A DNA stretch of 64,000 nucleotides, taken from a candidate division WOR-3 bacterium. GTDB taxonomy: Bacteria; Hydrothermota; Tepidihabitantia; Tepidihabitantales; Tepidihabitantaceae. Made by a program: the position numbers and the translations under genes. The stretch lies in NCBI GenBank assembly GCA_016867815.1, contig VGIR01000004.1:488-64487 (forward strand), given 5' to 3'. How positions within the stretch are numbered: position 1 is the first letter of the stretch; each line of letters starts with the position of its first letter. Under the pieces are notes generated by a model. That model saw only the letters and a program-made list of their open reading frames with translations. It ran no database searches and was not told the origin of the DNA. Positions 16,952-27,014 of this stretch are shown piece after piece.

Positions 16952-17955
16952 AACCACCAGGATACCGGTGCACCAAGGTCCTGGTCCTGACCTCTTTGTG
17001 TCTCTGTGCCTTTATGGTGGGTCACCTCTCGTGTTCGAGCCGCGTGCCGTCGAACGGCCGGAAGGTCGAGGTGGTGGTGCGGCCCGGCCAGAGCGCCACG
17101 TCCATCGCCGACACCCTGGTTGTGAAGCAGGTCATCGGCTCCAAACCGCTGTTCCTGCTATACGCCTGGTACTACAACTACAATGCCCGCCTGCGCGCCG
17201 GCCGCTACCAGCTTTCCATCGGCACCGGCGAGCGGCGCGCGCTCCGGCTGCTGGCCGGCGAAGAGGCCGCGGTGACGATGGTCACGATTCCCGAGGGCTA
17301 CACCATGAACGAAATCGCAGCGGTGCTGGCGGAACGCGGGGTCTGCCCGGCCGACAGCTTCCTGAGCGCGTGCATGGATACGAGCCTGCTCCGGCAGTCC
17401 GGCGTGAGGGCGGCGACCGCCGAGGGCTACCTGTTTCCGGAGACCTATGAATTCCTCAGCGGCTCCGCGCCAGCCGATGTCGCGCGCAGGCTGATCCGCC
17501 AGTTCTTCTCGGTGTTCGCCGAACTCCACGACTCCTCACGCCTCCCTCCTGCCTCTTTCCTCACTCCCTCGCAGGTCGTGATACTCGCGTCCATCGTCGA
17601 GCGCGAAGCCAGGGTGCCGGAGGAGTTCCCGCGCATTGCCGGAGTATTCGCTAATCGCCTGCGCCGGCGCCTGCCGCTGCAGTCTTGTGCCACCGTCGAG
17701 TACCTGCTGCCGCAGCGCAAGGGACGGCTGTCGGTAGAGGACACGAAGATAGCGTCCCCGTACAATACCTATCTCCACGCCGGCCTGCCGCCCGGGCCGA
17801 TCTGCAATCCGGGCCGCCGCGCGCTGGCCGCCGCGCTCCATCCCGAGCGGAACGACTATCTCTTCTTTGTCGCCCGCGGCGACGGCACCCACCTCTTCTC
17901 CCGCACCGCGGCCGAGCACGCTGCGGCCTGCCGCCGCGTCCGCGACGGCGGCTAG
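16948..17955 (+). CDS. mltG: Endolytic murein transglycosylase MltG (YceG family).
   Basis: YceG-like domain (..VVVRPGQSATSIADTL..., NTYLHAGLPPGPICNPG). ATGA overlap with the ruvX stop. The N-terminal TM anchor is encoded within repeat element E7. Confidence 0.8.
   Translation: MKPPGYRCTKVLVLTSLCLCAFMVGHLSCSSRVPSNGRKVEVVVRPGQSATSIADTLVVKQVIGSKPLFLLYAWYYNYNARLRAGRYQLSIGTGERRALRLLAGEEAAVTMVTIPEGYTMNEIAAVLAERGVCPADSFLSACMDTSLLRQSGVRAATAEGYLFPETYEFLSGSAPADVARRLIRQFFSVFAELHDSSRLPPASFLTPSQVVILASIVEREARVPEEFPRIAGVFANRLRRRLPLQSCATVEYLLPQRKGRLSVEDTKIASPYNTYLHAGLPPGPICNPGRRALAAALHPERNDYLFFVARGDGTHLFSRTAAEHAAACRRVRDGG
16954..17020. repeat. Palindromic repeat element E7 (CACCAGG..CACCAAGG, a spacer, then CTCTTTGTG TCTCTGTG CCTTTATGG) at the ruvX/mltG junction. 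It encodes the MltG N-terminal hydrophobic segment and supplies an in-frame ATG.
   Basis: The right arm matches E5 at 27 of 31 nt. Confidence 0.5.
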
Positions 17956-17965
17956 CGGAAATGAA

Positions 17966-17993
17966 GCGGGGCGAAACGCCCGTTTCGCCCCGC
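17966..17993. terminator. Bidirectional intrinsic-terminator-like hairpin between convergent mltG and the 18013-19971 gene.
   Basis: Perfect inverted repeat GGGGCGAAACG-CC-CGTTTCGCCCC. Confidence 0.5.
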
Positions 17994-18012
17994 GACTTCC
18001 CGTTCGGTTCGG

Positions 18013-19971
18013 CTAGTTGACCAGCACGGCCCGGCCCGTGAGCCTGCGGTCCTGGGTCCTCAGCTCCACGAAGTAGGTGCCGCGCGAGAGCTTGTGCCCG
18101 CTGTCGTCTCTGCCGTCCCAGACCGCCGTCCCCGGCTCAAGCGCTGAGCGTGCCAGTAGCCGTACGATTCTGCCGGTCTTGTCGAGTATCCGCAGGTCGA
18201 CCGGCACCGACTCCGCTGTCTGCCAACGGATACTGGTGCTGTGGGTGAACACATTCGGCGTCACCGAGAGCCGGTCAGTCCCGACCGAGCGGGAGGTCTC
18301 GACGACGCCAAGCAGCCGGTAGACAGGCGGGCTGACAAACGACGCGACCACCTTGTCTTCGACCAGTATAGGCTCAAAGTAGGTGCCGCCGCTGTAGCCC
18401 GATGCCGAGACGGTCAGCGTGTACTCTCCGGCAGCCAGCCCCTTGATAAGGTACTCACCCCAGGTAGTCGTGTACGCCTGCCCGGTGCCTTTCGCGCCGG
18501 AGGCGGTAACCAGCACCCCACTGACCTCAGTCTGACTGACCCCTTCGTAGACAAAGCCCGAAATGCCGCCGCTTTCGACCGCAACCAGGGCGAAGTTGAT
18601 GTTCTCCGTGATCTGGCCCGCCTGAACGTGAACGCTCTCCGGATAGACCTGGTGGTAGTAGCCCCGCGCGCATGCCCGAACCAGGTACTTGCCCGCGCGC
18701 AGCTCCTGAATCAGGTAGTAGCCGTTTGAGTCCGACTTGGCGTGACCCTGACCGCGCGGACCCCAGGCAAACAGCTCTGCGTTCTTGATCGGCTCCTGGG
18801 TTGCGGAGTCGGTCACCGTTCCGGAGATGCGGCCTCTCTCGCCTTCCTCCGGCTCCAGGGCGAAGTCCACGTGCTGGGTTACCTGTCCGGAATCGACCAC
18901 GACCGTCTCCGGGGGCGCGGGCTTGAATCCTCGGGCACTGGCCATTACGTGGTAGTTACCAGGCGGCAGTTCGCCGATGTAGTAGTTACCTTCCATGTTG
19001 GTATTTGCCTGGCCGCGCCTCGGCCCCTCGGCGACGACCAGCGCGCCGAATATCGGCTTGCCGTTCACCTTGTTCGTCACCGTTCCGGCGACCGCGCCGT
19101 AGCCACCACCCACGGGCTCCAGCGCGAAGTTGATGCCGTCCGTAATCTGGCCGCCAACGACCAGGACCGACTCCGGATAGACCTTGGGCTTGAACCCCTG
19201 AGCCTGCGCGCAGACCCGGTACTTGCCCGCCGGCAGATTCTCTATCAGATACCCGCCCTGCTGGCAGGTATGTGCTTCGCCGCTGCCTTTCGGCCCGGTG
19301 GCAAACACCACCGCTCCCGGGATGGGCTCGCCGTTGCTGGCATTGGTGACCTTGCCGGAGATGCCGCCTTTCTCGCCGCCGGTGGGCTGCAGAGCGAAGT
19401 TGATGTTCTTTGTGATTTCGCCCGCAACCACAGTAACCGACTCCGGATACACGGACGATTCATACCCAGTGGCCGAGGCGGTGACGCGGTACCTGCCCGG
19501 TGGCAGTCCCGCGATCTGGTACCCGCCGCAGGCATACGAATGGGCCTCGCCGTCTCCGCTCGGACCGCGGGCAACGATGAGAGCGCCGGCAATCGGTTCC
19601 TCCGTAACCGCATCGGTCACCTTACCGGAGATCCCGCCCTTCTCACTGCCGAGCGGTTCCAGGGCGAAGTTGATGCCGTCGGTGACATGGCCCTCCTCCA
19701 CTACTACCGACTCCGGGTAGACCTTGGTCTTGAACCCGGTAGCCGAGGCATGGACCTGGTACTTGCCCGGCTGAATCTGAATCAGGTAGTGGCCGGTGCT
19801 GTCGGTGTAGGCTCCGCCATGGCCGGTGCACACCGCCGCACCCGCGATCGGCTGCCCGCTCTCGGCGTTGGTGACCTTGCCGCAGATACCGGTAAGTGCC
19901 AGCGCCGGTGTACCGGCGACCAGCGTCAGAACCGCAAACAGAACCAGAACACTCTTCATTGCCACCTCCAC
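18013..19971 (-). CDS. Secreted protein with ~7 carboxypeptidase-regulatory-like (CarbopepD_reg/Cna-B-like) repeats and a T9SS C-terminal sorting domain.
   Basis: Repeats GISGKVTDA.T.EPIAGA.V...G....HSYACGGYQI.GLPPGRYRV.ASA.GY.... Signal peptide. C-terminus ...GTYFVELRTQDRRLTGRAVLVN. Confidence 0.8.
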   Translation of the reverse strand: MEVAMKSVLVLFAVLTLVAGTPALALTGICGKVTNAESGQPIAGAAVCTGHGGAYTDSTGHYLIQIQPGKYQVHASATGFKTKVYPESVVVEEGHVTDGINFALEPLGSEKGGISGKVTDAVTEEPIAGALIVARGPSGDGEAHSYACGGYQIAGLPPGRYRVTASATGYESSVYPESVTVVAGEITKNINFALQPTGGEKGGISGKVTNASNGEPIPGAVVFATGPKGSGEAHTCQQGGYLIENLPAGKYRVCAQAQGFKPKVYPESVLVVGGQITDGINFALEPVGGGYGAVAGTVTNKVNGKPIFGALVVAEGPRRGQANTNMEGNYYIGELPPGNYHVMASARGFKPAPPETVVVDSGQVTQHVDFALEPEEGERGRISGTVTDSATQEPIKNAELFAWGPRGQGHAKSDSNGYYLIQELRAGKYLVRACARGYYHQVYPESVHVQAGQITENINFALVAVESGGISGFVYEGVSQTEVSGVLVTASGAKGTGQAYTTTWGEYLIKGLAAGEYTLTVSASGYSGGTYFEPILVEDKVVASFVSPPVYRLLGVVETSRSVGTDRLSVTPNVFTHSTSIRWQTAESVPVDLRILDKTGRIVRLLARSALEPGTAVWDGRDDSGHKLSRGTYFVELRTQDRRLTGRAVLVN

Positions 19972-20383
19972 TGGCTATGCCGCTGTCGGAGTACCGAACG
20001 ACCCCGGCCGCATCCGGGCAGGAGTCGTTCCTGTATTTTCGCCTGACCGGTTTGGATGTCAAGTCCGCGCTCCGCCCTGAATCCGACGATGAGCCACGGA
20101 GCACGCAGACAACTGAAGTATGCGGGGTGGAAACTCCGACCGACACCGGGACTGCGGGCTCACTGGCCTGTGAGAGCGCCCCAGTTCCTGTCGTGGAGAC
20201 ACTCGGCCGCTTGACACGATGGAACTCCAGGGCTAGGATTGTACGTTGATTGGTCGCAGGACCGTTGGCAGAGAAGGTTCTTGAACAGCCTGCAAGTCGT
20301 CGAGTTCGGTCTAGCCTGAAATCCGGTCTGCCGTCCGGCAGAGCCTGTACCGATTCCCCGCACGGCGAGCAAAGGAGTACACC

Positions 20384-22513
20384 ATGATGCTGCGCTTTTC
20401 CGCAAGGTCGCTCGCGACCCTGATTGCCGCGGTCGCGCTTCTCGCCGGCATTGCCGGCGCCGTTCCCGAACCCTGGGTCCACCCGGACGGGAGCATTCAC
20501 TATTACGACCCCATCAGCACGCCGAGCGGCCTGAACTGGAACTTCGCCTGGGATTCGGCGCTCGGGCATGGCGGCTACCTCGCCACCATCACGTCGCAGG
20601 CCGAGAACGATTTCGTCTTCAGCCTGGTCGACTCCAGCCAGTTCTGGCACACGCGCACATCGCGCCAGGTTGCCGGACCGTGGCTCGGCGGCACGCAGGA
20701 CTTCGGCTCATTCGAGCCGGACAGCGGCTGGCACTGGGTGACCGGCGAGTCGATGAACTACCGCAACTGGACTCCGGGCGAGCCGGACAACAACGGAGAC
20801 GAGAATGCTCTCCACTTCGGCGAGGCGCTGAACGCGCGCGTGCCGTCCTGGGATGACGTCAACCGCCTGGACGATTCGATCCGCGGATTCGTACGCGAGC
20901 TCTCTGCCGATTCGACCACGCTCGGCCTGCGCTACTGGGATTCCCCGGCCTGGGAAGGCTACACGCTGTTCGCAAACAACCAGGGCCGGGCCTTCTACCT
21001 GATCGACAACAAGGGCCGGCTGATCCACAGGTGGCGTGTTACCGACAAGACGGTCGGCGCGCTCTACCTGCTGGAAAACGGACTAGTTTCCCAGATCGGT
21101 AACTTGAACAACCCCCATTTCCTCAATGGCGGCCGCGTATCGCTCATCGACTGGGGCGGCAACAAGACCTGGTCCTTCGACTATTCGGACAGCCTGGTCT
21201 GCCTGCACCACGACGCCATCTGGCTGCCCAATGGAAACATGCTGGCGATTGCCTGGGAGCTCAAGACCCGGGCAGAGGCGATCGCGGCGGGCCGCGATAC
21301 GACCAAGCTGACCGCAAACAAGCTCTGGCCCGACCATATCATCGAAGTCGACCCGGCAACCGACAGCATCGTCTGGAAATGGCATGTCTGGGACCACCTC
21401 ATCCAGGACTACGACTCTACCAAGCAGAACTACGGGGTGGTCGGGGACCATCCTGAACTCATCGACCTGAACTTCACGGACGCGGTTTCGCCGATCGCGG
21501 CCGACTGGATACACTCCAACGCTCTCGACTACAACTCGGAGTTCGAGCAGATCCTGCTCAGCGCCCGCGACTTCAACGAAGTGTGGGTCATAGACCACAG
21601 CACAACGACCGATGAGGCGGCCGGTCACACCGGCGGGCGCTACGGCAAGGGCGGAGACCTGCTCTTCCGCTGGGGTAATCCTCGAACCTACCGCCGGGGC
21701 GACAGCACCAGCCAGATCTTCTACCATCAGCACCACTCGTCGTGGATCCCGAGCGGCCTGCCGGGCGCGGGCAATATCACGGTGTTTGACAACGGACTGC
21801 AACGGCCGGGATCGGCGTACTCGACCGCCATCGAGTTCATTCCGCCGGTTGATTCCACCGGCCACTACGCGGACCCTCCGCCCGGCGCACCCTACGATCC
21901 TTTCGGTCCGGCCTGGCAGTACGTCGCCGACCCGCCGACGTCCTTCTACTCGTCCCAGCTCAGCAGCGTCCAGCGACTACCCAACGGGAACACGCTGATT
22001 TGCGAGGGCAACAGCGGGCGGTTCTTCGAACTCGCACCGGATACCCAGGTAGTGTGGAAGTACACCAACCCTGTCACGGACACGCTGCCTAAGTACCAAG
22101 GCACGCCGCCGGCACAGAACACGGTCCACCGGTCGCCGCGCTATCCGCTCGACTACGCCGGACTGCAAGGTCACGACCTGACCCCGGGATACCCGGTGGA
22201 ACTCTACACCACCAAGCAGTACGTCGGCGTGAAGGAAGCTCCGCCGTCCGGCAGCGCTCCGGTCGGGCTGTCAGTCAGCCCCAATCCTTTCGGACCGCTC
22301 GCCCGAATCAGCTTTAATCTGCCGCGTGCCGTTTCGGCGGAACTCGGCATCTACTCGGCTGACGGTCGACTTGTGCGGACGCTGCCGGCCGTCAGCGGCT
22401 CCGTCTGGAACGGCGCCGACAACAACGGGAATCGCGTGGGCCGAGGTGTCTACTACTGCCGGCTGCAGGGACCGTCATTCGGCACGTCGGCGAAACTGGT
22501 GAAGAGCGAGTAG
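20384..22513 (+). CDS. Secreted C-type-lectin-like domain plus arylsulfotransferase (ASST)-like beta-propeller protein with a T9SS C-terminal sorting domain.
   Basis: N-terminal lectin-like region (WHWVTGESMNYRNWTPGEPDN). Central region matches ASST-family blocks (HHDAIWLPNGN, HSNALDY, FYHQHHSSW). C-terminus SPNPFGPLARISF...GVYYCRLQG...KLVKSE. Confidence 0.65.
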   Translation: MMLRFSARSLATLIAAVALLAGIAGAVPEPWVHPDGSIHYYDPISTPSGLNWNFAWDSALGHGGYLATITSQAENDFVFSLVDSSQFWHTRTSRQVAGPWLGGTQDFGSFEPDSGWHWVTGESMNYRNWTPGEPDNNGDENALHFGEALNARVPSWDDVNRLDDSIRGFVRELSADSTTLGLRYWDSPAWEGYTLFANNQGRAFYLIDNKGRLIHRWRVTDKTVGALYLLENGLVSQIGNLNNPHFLNGGRVSLIDWGGNKTWSFDYSDSLVCLHHDAIWLPNGNMLAIAWELKTRAEAIAAGRDTTKLTANKLWPDHIIEVDPATDSIVWKWHVWDHLIQDYDSTKQNYGVVGDHPELIDLNFTDAVSPIAADWIHSNALDYNSEFEQILLSARDFNEVWVIDHSTTTDEAAGHTGGRYGKGGDLLFRWGNPRTYRRGDSTSQIFYHQHHSSWIPSGLPGAGNITVFDNGLQRPGSAYSTAIEFIPPVDSTGHYADPPPGAPYDPFGPAWQYVADPPTSFYSSQLSSVQRLPNGNTLICEGNSGRFFELAPDTQVVWKYTNPVTDTLPKYQGTPPAQNTVHRSPRYPLDYAGLQGHDLTPGYPVELYTTKQYVGVKEAPPSGSAPVGLSVSPNPFGPLARISFNLPRAVSAELGIYSADGRLVRTLPAVSGSVWNGADNNGNRVGRGVYYCRLQGPSFGTSAKLVKSE

Positions 22514-22520
22514 TCCGACA

Positions 22521-23912
22521 GTGAACGCATCTCGACGTACCGTGAAGACACTGGTACTGGCCCTGCTGCCGGCACTGGCAATTGCCACGGTGACGTTCGA
22601 GCGCCGCTGGCACTGGTTCCGCGAAGACATCGGCCGCTCGGTGGCGCTGATGGCGGACGGCGGGTATCTGGTCTCTGGTGAAACCTGGGTGGACTCAACC
22701 TTGTACGGCATCGTCCTGGCGCGAACCGACTCCCTGGGCGACACGAATTCGGTACGTCACTTGCTGGGCGTTGCTCACGGCAGCGGCTACGTCTGTGCCC
22801 TGACAGGGGGGGACATCGTCGCTGCCGGCATTCGCAACGGCTCACGTTTTTTCGCGCAGGGCTTCGATCCCTCGGGTGACTCGATCTGGACCTACGATTC
22901 CCCGCACCGCGGCCTGCCGTTTGCACTCATGGCCACGAGCGATGGCGGATGCCTGATTGCCGGCCGGGATTCGATGCAGGACATGGGCCTCGTGCGGCTC
23001 GATTCCGCGGGCAGCGAAAAGTGGGTCCGTTCCTATGATGAACCCCGCGTCCAGGGTTCCACCACCAACGGTGTGGCCCAAACCCGGGACAGCGGTTTCA
23101 TACTCTGCGGCGACGCGACCGACTACATGGGTTCCTACGTCCGGCTGGTCCGGACCAGTTCAACCGGCGACACGCTCTGGACCCGCCTCTACTCGGGGCC
23201 CGTCGGACCCTCACTGGAGGCGGTCTGCGAAACCCCGGACCGCGGGTTTCTCGCCGTGGGCAACGAGTTCGACACCTTGCAGTCACTGGACGCAGCCTTT
23301 CTCCTGCGTACCGATTCCAACGGCACCATCATCTGGACCCGCAACATCCCGTTTCCCGGCGCCGGAACGCATGCCACGGCACTTCGCACCACCAGTGACG
23401 GTGGCTACATCCTCGCTGGTGCGGTCGATTGGGGTGACTCTTCACGGGCGTGGCTGGCCAGGCTCGACGCCGGGGCGGACACGGTCTGGACAAAGGTCTT
23501 GCCCGGCATTGGCAGGGAAAAGGCCGAGGACGTGTGGCAGACTCCGGATGGTGGCTACGTGATTGCCGGCACATCCGACTCCGCCGGCGGCAGCGTGTTG
23601 CTGGTGAAGACGGATTCTACCGGCCACGTGGATTACGGCGTCGCTGAGGACAACCAGGCCGTCGGCCGGCGCATGGGCCTGTCAATCACGCCCAACCCGA
23701 CCCGCGGCGCAGTCAGTGTAAGCTGGTCACTGCCCGCCAATTCCGCGGCCGACGTCAGCGTGTACGACATCACCGGCACCCACGTGTACTCGGCATCCGA
23801 AATCCGGGCTTCTTCATTCCGGCTCGGTCTTCGGTCACTACCGTCCGGCGTCTACCTGCTCCGACTCGAGTCCGGCCGCAGCAGCGCGACGAGGAAACTG
23901 GTTATCGAATAG
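22521..23912 (+). CDS. Secreted repeat (beta-propeller-like) protein of unknown function with a T9SS C-terminal sorting domain.
   Basis: Seven-fold repeated (T.DGGY.L.G......W..K.D..G..LW) units. C-terminus ITPNPTRGAVSVSW...GVYLLRLESGRSSATRKLVIE. Lies 7 nt after the previous cargo gene. Confidence 0.7.
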   Translation: MNASRRTVKTLVLALLPALAIATVTFERRWHWFREDIGRSVALMADGGYLVSGETWVDSTLYGIVLARTDSLGDTNSVRHLLGVAHGSGYVCALTGGDIVAAGIRNGSRFFAQGFDPSGDSIWTYDSPHRGLPFALMATSDGGCLIAGRDSMQDMGLVRLDSAGSEKWVRSYDEPRVQGSTTNGVAQTRDSGFILCGDATDYMGSYVRLVRTSSTGDTLWTRLYSGPVGPSLEAVCETPDRGFLAVGNEFDTLQSLDAAFLLRTDSNGTIIWTRNIPFPGAGTHATALRTTSDGGYILAGAVDWGDSSRAWLARLDAGADTVWTKVLPGIGREKAEDVWQTPDGGYVIAGTSDSAGGSVLLVKTDSTGHVDYGVAEDNQAVGRRMGLSITPNPTRGAVSVSWSLPANSAADVSVYDITGTHVYSASEIRASSFRLGLRSLPSGVYLLRLESGRSSATRKLVIE

Positions 23913-24579
23913 GCGGTCCGGCCGGCGCGTCGACCGGAGCCCGCGCCACCAGCACTACGAAGCTCGCCCCGCGCACGAAGCCGGGGCGGGCTTCTTCCAT
24001 GGAAACAGTCTCACCTGGTCCCTGGAAGAGAGTGGAGAGCGTATCCAGCAACTCAAAGCCCGCCTGCTCCGTCAATCGCCTGACGTCCTCGTAGCGATCG
24101 AAGTGTGCCCGGCTGAACAGCGGATGTCCTTGTCGCCTTCGCTCGACATAGCTCGCACCCCACCTGCCGTCGCGTTCGAGAATGGCGTTCACCAGGCGGC
24201 CGCCGGGCTTGAGCACGCGCCGGCACTCACGCAGCACCTTCGGCGGGTCGTTGAGGAACTCCCATGTAGTCAGCAGGAACACGGTGCCGAAACAGGCGGC
24301 CCGGAACACCAGTTCCTCTCCCTCCCCGTACAGCACTTCGACTCCCCGCCGCCGCGCCTTCTCGAGCAGCGCCGGTGACGGGTCGACGCCCAGCGGAATT
24401 CCCAGCGCCTGAGCGAATCGACCCGTGCCCACGCCGACTTCGAGCCACGGCTCGGGCAGTCCGGCCAGGAGCGGCCTCAGGGCTGCCAGCTCTATCTCGA
24501 ACGGCAGGCGACCCTTGCCGTCGTACCACGAGTCGTACCTGTCGGCCTGAGCCTCAAAAGGACTCGATTGCGGATCCAT
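23902..24579 (-). CDS. Class I SAM-dependent methyltransferase (Methyltransf_11/UbiE-like).
   Basis: Motif I LEVGVGTGRF and post-I VLKPGGRL. Start taken at the internal MDPQSS. Confidence 0.7.
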   Translation of the reverse strand: MDPQSSPFEAQADRYDSWYDGKGRLPFEIELAALRPLLAGLPEPWLEVGVGTGRFAQALGIPLGVDPSPALLEKARRRGVEVLYGEGEELVFRAACFGTVFLLTTWEFLNDPPKVLRECRRVLKPGGRLVNAILERDGRWGASYVERRRQGHPLFSRAHFDRYEDVRRLTEQAGFELLDTLSTLFQGPGETVSMEEARPGFVRGASFVVLVARAPVDAPAGPPIR

Positions 24580-24791
24580 CTCCTGGAAGGTCAGCACCTC
24601 ACAGCGCGGCGCATGGCGTTCAGCATCGCGCGGGCGAAGCACCCGGGGTCGCTGAAAGCGCACCGCGCCACTCTCGGCACGGATTTCCTTTCATCTGCCA
24701 CGGATTCCAGTATGCCGCGCCCGCGGCAACAATCAAGCCGGGGCCTCGCGCCGACTCCTTGACCCGCCCGGCTCGCCGGATATAGTAGCCC

Positions 24792-27014
24792 GTGCGGACT
24801 CCGAACCACCTCGGCCGCATGCCGCGCATAGATCCTGCTTCTCGACTTGGCATCGGGTTCGTGGCGCTGGCTGCGGTCCTCAGCTGCTATCCGTTCATCG
24901 CCCCGGGACATCCGGCTACGGTCGACGTGTGGCCGCATCTGGCGCGTCAGAGCATCGTCTACCAGGCGGTCAAAGAGGGCTTTTCGCCCTTCTACACTTT
25001 CATGTTCTACTGCGGATTCCCGGTGCTCAGGTTCTATTCACCCTTGTTCTACATGCTGGGCGGGCCTTTGACGCTGCTCACGTCCGGGAATCTACTGCTG
25101 GCCTTGCGCATCCTCCTTGTTCTGCTGCACCTGGCGAGCGCTCTCGCAATGTACCGGTTTCTGTGCTCCCGGGGGAATCGAGCGAGAAGTGAAGATGCGC
25201 CGCCAACACTCGGGCCGGCACTCGGCACCATCGTCTACATGGTAGTCCCCTGGCGAACGTTGTACCTTTCGGGCTGCGCCAACTACCCCCAGGCGCTGGT
25301 CTACCTGCTTCTGCCGCTTGCCTTTCTCGCGCTGGAGCGGATCCTGGAGGAAAGAAAGGAAGACGCGGAGAGCAATACGCGTCAGGCCCTGCTGCTTGGT
25401 CTCTGGGTCGGCCTGCTCTTCCTCAGTCACCTGGTGTATGCCATCTACACGCTCGTCTTTCTCGCCTTGTGGGCACTGGCCAAAGGTCCAGCTCGGGCCG
25501 TGGCCCGTTGGCGGCCGCTGGGCACGGCCATGCTGGCCGCCATTGGAGTCTCGGCTTTCTTCCTCGTCCCCTTCGCAGCCGAGCAGGCATCGCACCGATT
25601 TCCGATTGCCCACCTGAACCTGTCCGTGCCGGACTTAGTGGTCCTGCTCGGACTCAGGCCGCGGACAGGCGGATATGGAGGTGGGTACCTGGGATTGAGC
25701 GTAGTAGTGATGCTGCTCGTCAGCCTCGGCGCCATTCTCCTGCGGCGCCCCGAGCGCTTTCAACTGCCGGACCTGGTCGGCCTGGCAGCCAGCGTCTTTC
25801 TGACGTTCGCCCCGGCCCTGCTGAGAGACAAGCAGCACCTGATTACTACCGGGCTGCCACCGGAGCGCTTCCTTCTCTTCGTCATCTTCTTCGTGGCGCT
25901 GCTGATCCCGAGCGCGCATCGGCTCGTACGCGACGCCGTAGCCCGCAAACGAGGCTGGCCCGGTATGGTGTTTGCGGTCATTGCCGGAATCGTGATGTTC
26001 GACTGCCTGCGGTTCGTGCTACGCGTCTATTTCAGGCCCCCGAGCGAGTTCCGGGACGTGCGCGAGGAGCTGTACCCGATGGTCGCCAGCGAACCGCATG
26101 CCCGGCTTCTCGACGTGAACATCCCGACGGCCAGGGTCGACGATCCGCGCCGCGTAGTACGGATGCCCACAGTCGGCGTCGTCTATGGCGGGCTTCCATC
26201 TCCTCTCGGGCTACCTTACCACCAGTACGCGCCCCGGTCGATGCTCCATGCCTATGCCTGGGTTGATTTCGTAGCCGAAGACCTTGGTGCCCGGGAGTCA
26301 CCTCTCATCTCCGCCAACGCTCACAAGGCACTCGCGCTGATGGGTATCAGCCACCTCATTACCCTCCCGTCGCTGTTGAACGTCACCGATACCGGGCCCA
26401 CGCTCCTGCTGCTCAAGAATGAGATGGACTGGGACGACCGGTTTATGAGAGCCGGGCGCGAGCCTCCCCTGGCGTTGGGCCGAACCAATCAGAACCTTCT
26501 CCTGGCTGCGAGCCGAACCGCCCCGATGGCCCCGGATACGCTGGGCCGCAAACTCTCTTTCATCGTGGCGCGGAACTGGCGTCGACTGCTCGACACGCTG
26601 CAACTCGACGCGGCCACGCGCTCCCTCAACTTCATACCGGTTCCGGCGGGCTCCGGCCCCGAGTCATTGCCGGGCAAACCGGTGCTGGTGATTGACCGCA
26701 CGCGCATCCGCCATCCCGACGTCGCCGCCGGATTCTGGGCCAAATCGGACTGCTTCCTCCGCATAGCCGTCAGCTACTACCCGGAACTCGAGGTCCGGCT
26801 GGACGGCAAGCCGGTTCAGTTCTTTGAGACGGCCGACCACTTTACCTACATCCGTTGCCCGGCCGGACCCCACGTCCTGAGCGTCACGGCTCGCCTCGGA
26901 AGACTAAGAAGCGCGACCCGGCTACTTTCCCTCATCTCTCTGCCGGTAGTAGTAGTTCTCATTCTGCGGCGAAAGCGAGCGCAGCCGACAGACCCCCGGC
27001 AGGCAGAAACATGA
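24792..27014 (+). CDS. Large polytopic membrane protein (>=10 TM helices plus a C-terminal soluble domain). Possibly a YfhO/PMT-like glycosyltransferase.
   Basis: Hydropathy is evident from the sequence. No confident family assignment. Confidence 0.6.
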   Translation: MRTPNHLGRMPRIDPASRLGIGFVALAAVLSCYPFIAPGHPATVDVWPHLARQSIVYQAVKEGFSPFYTFMFYCGFPVLRFYSPLFYMLGGPLTLLTSGNLLLALRILLVLLHLASALAMYRFLCSRGNRARSEDAPPTLGPALGTIVYMVVPWRTLYLSGCANYPQALVYLLLPLAFLALERILEERKEDAESNTRQALLLGLWVGLLFLSHLVYAIYTLVFLALWALAKGPARAVARWRPLGTAMLAAIGVSAFFLVPFAAEQASHRFPIAHLNLSVPDLVVLLGLRPRTGGYGGGYLGLSVVVMLLVSLGAILLRRPERFQLPDLVGLAASVFLTFAPALLRDKQHLITTGLPPERFLLFVIFFVALLIPSAHRLVRDAVARKRGWPGMVFAVIAGIVMFDCLRFVLRVYFRPPSEFRDVREELYPMVASEPHARLLDVNIPTARVDDPRRVVRMPTVGVVYGGLPSPLGLPYHQYAPRSMLHAYAWVDFVAEDLGARESPLISANAHKALALMGISHLITLPSLLNVTDTGPTLLLLKNEMDWDDRFMRAGREPPLALGRTNQNLLLAASRTAPMAPDTLGRKLSFIVARNWRRLLDTLQLDAATRSLNFIPVPAGSGPESLPGKPVLVIDRTRIRHPDVAAGFWAKSDCFLRIAVSYYPELEVRLDGKPVQFFETADHFTYIRCPAGPHVLSVTARLGRLRSATRLLSLISLPVVVVLILRRKRAQPTDPRQAET

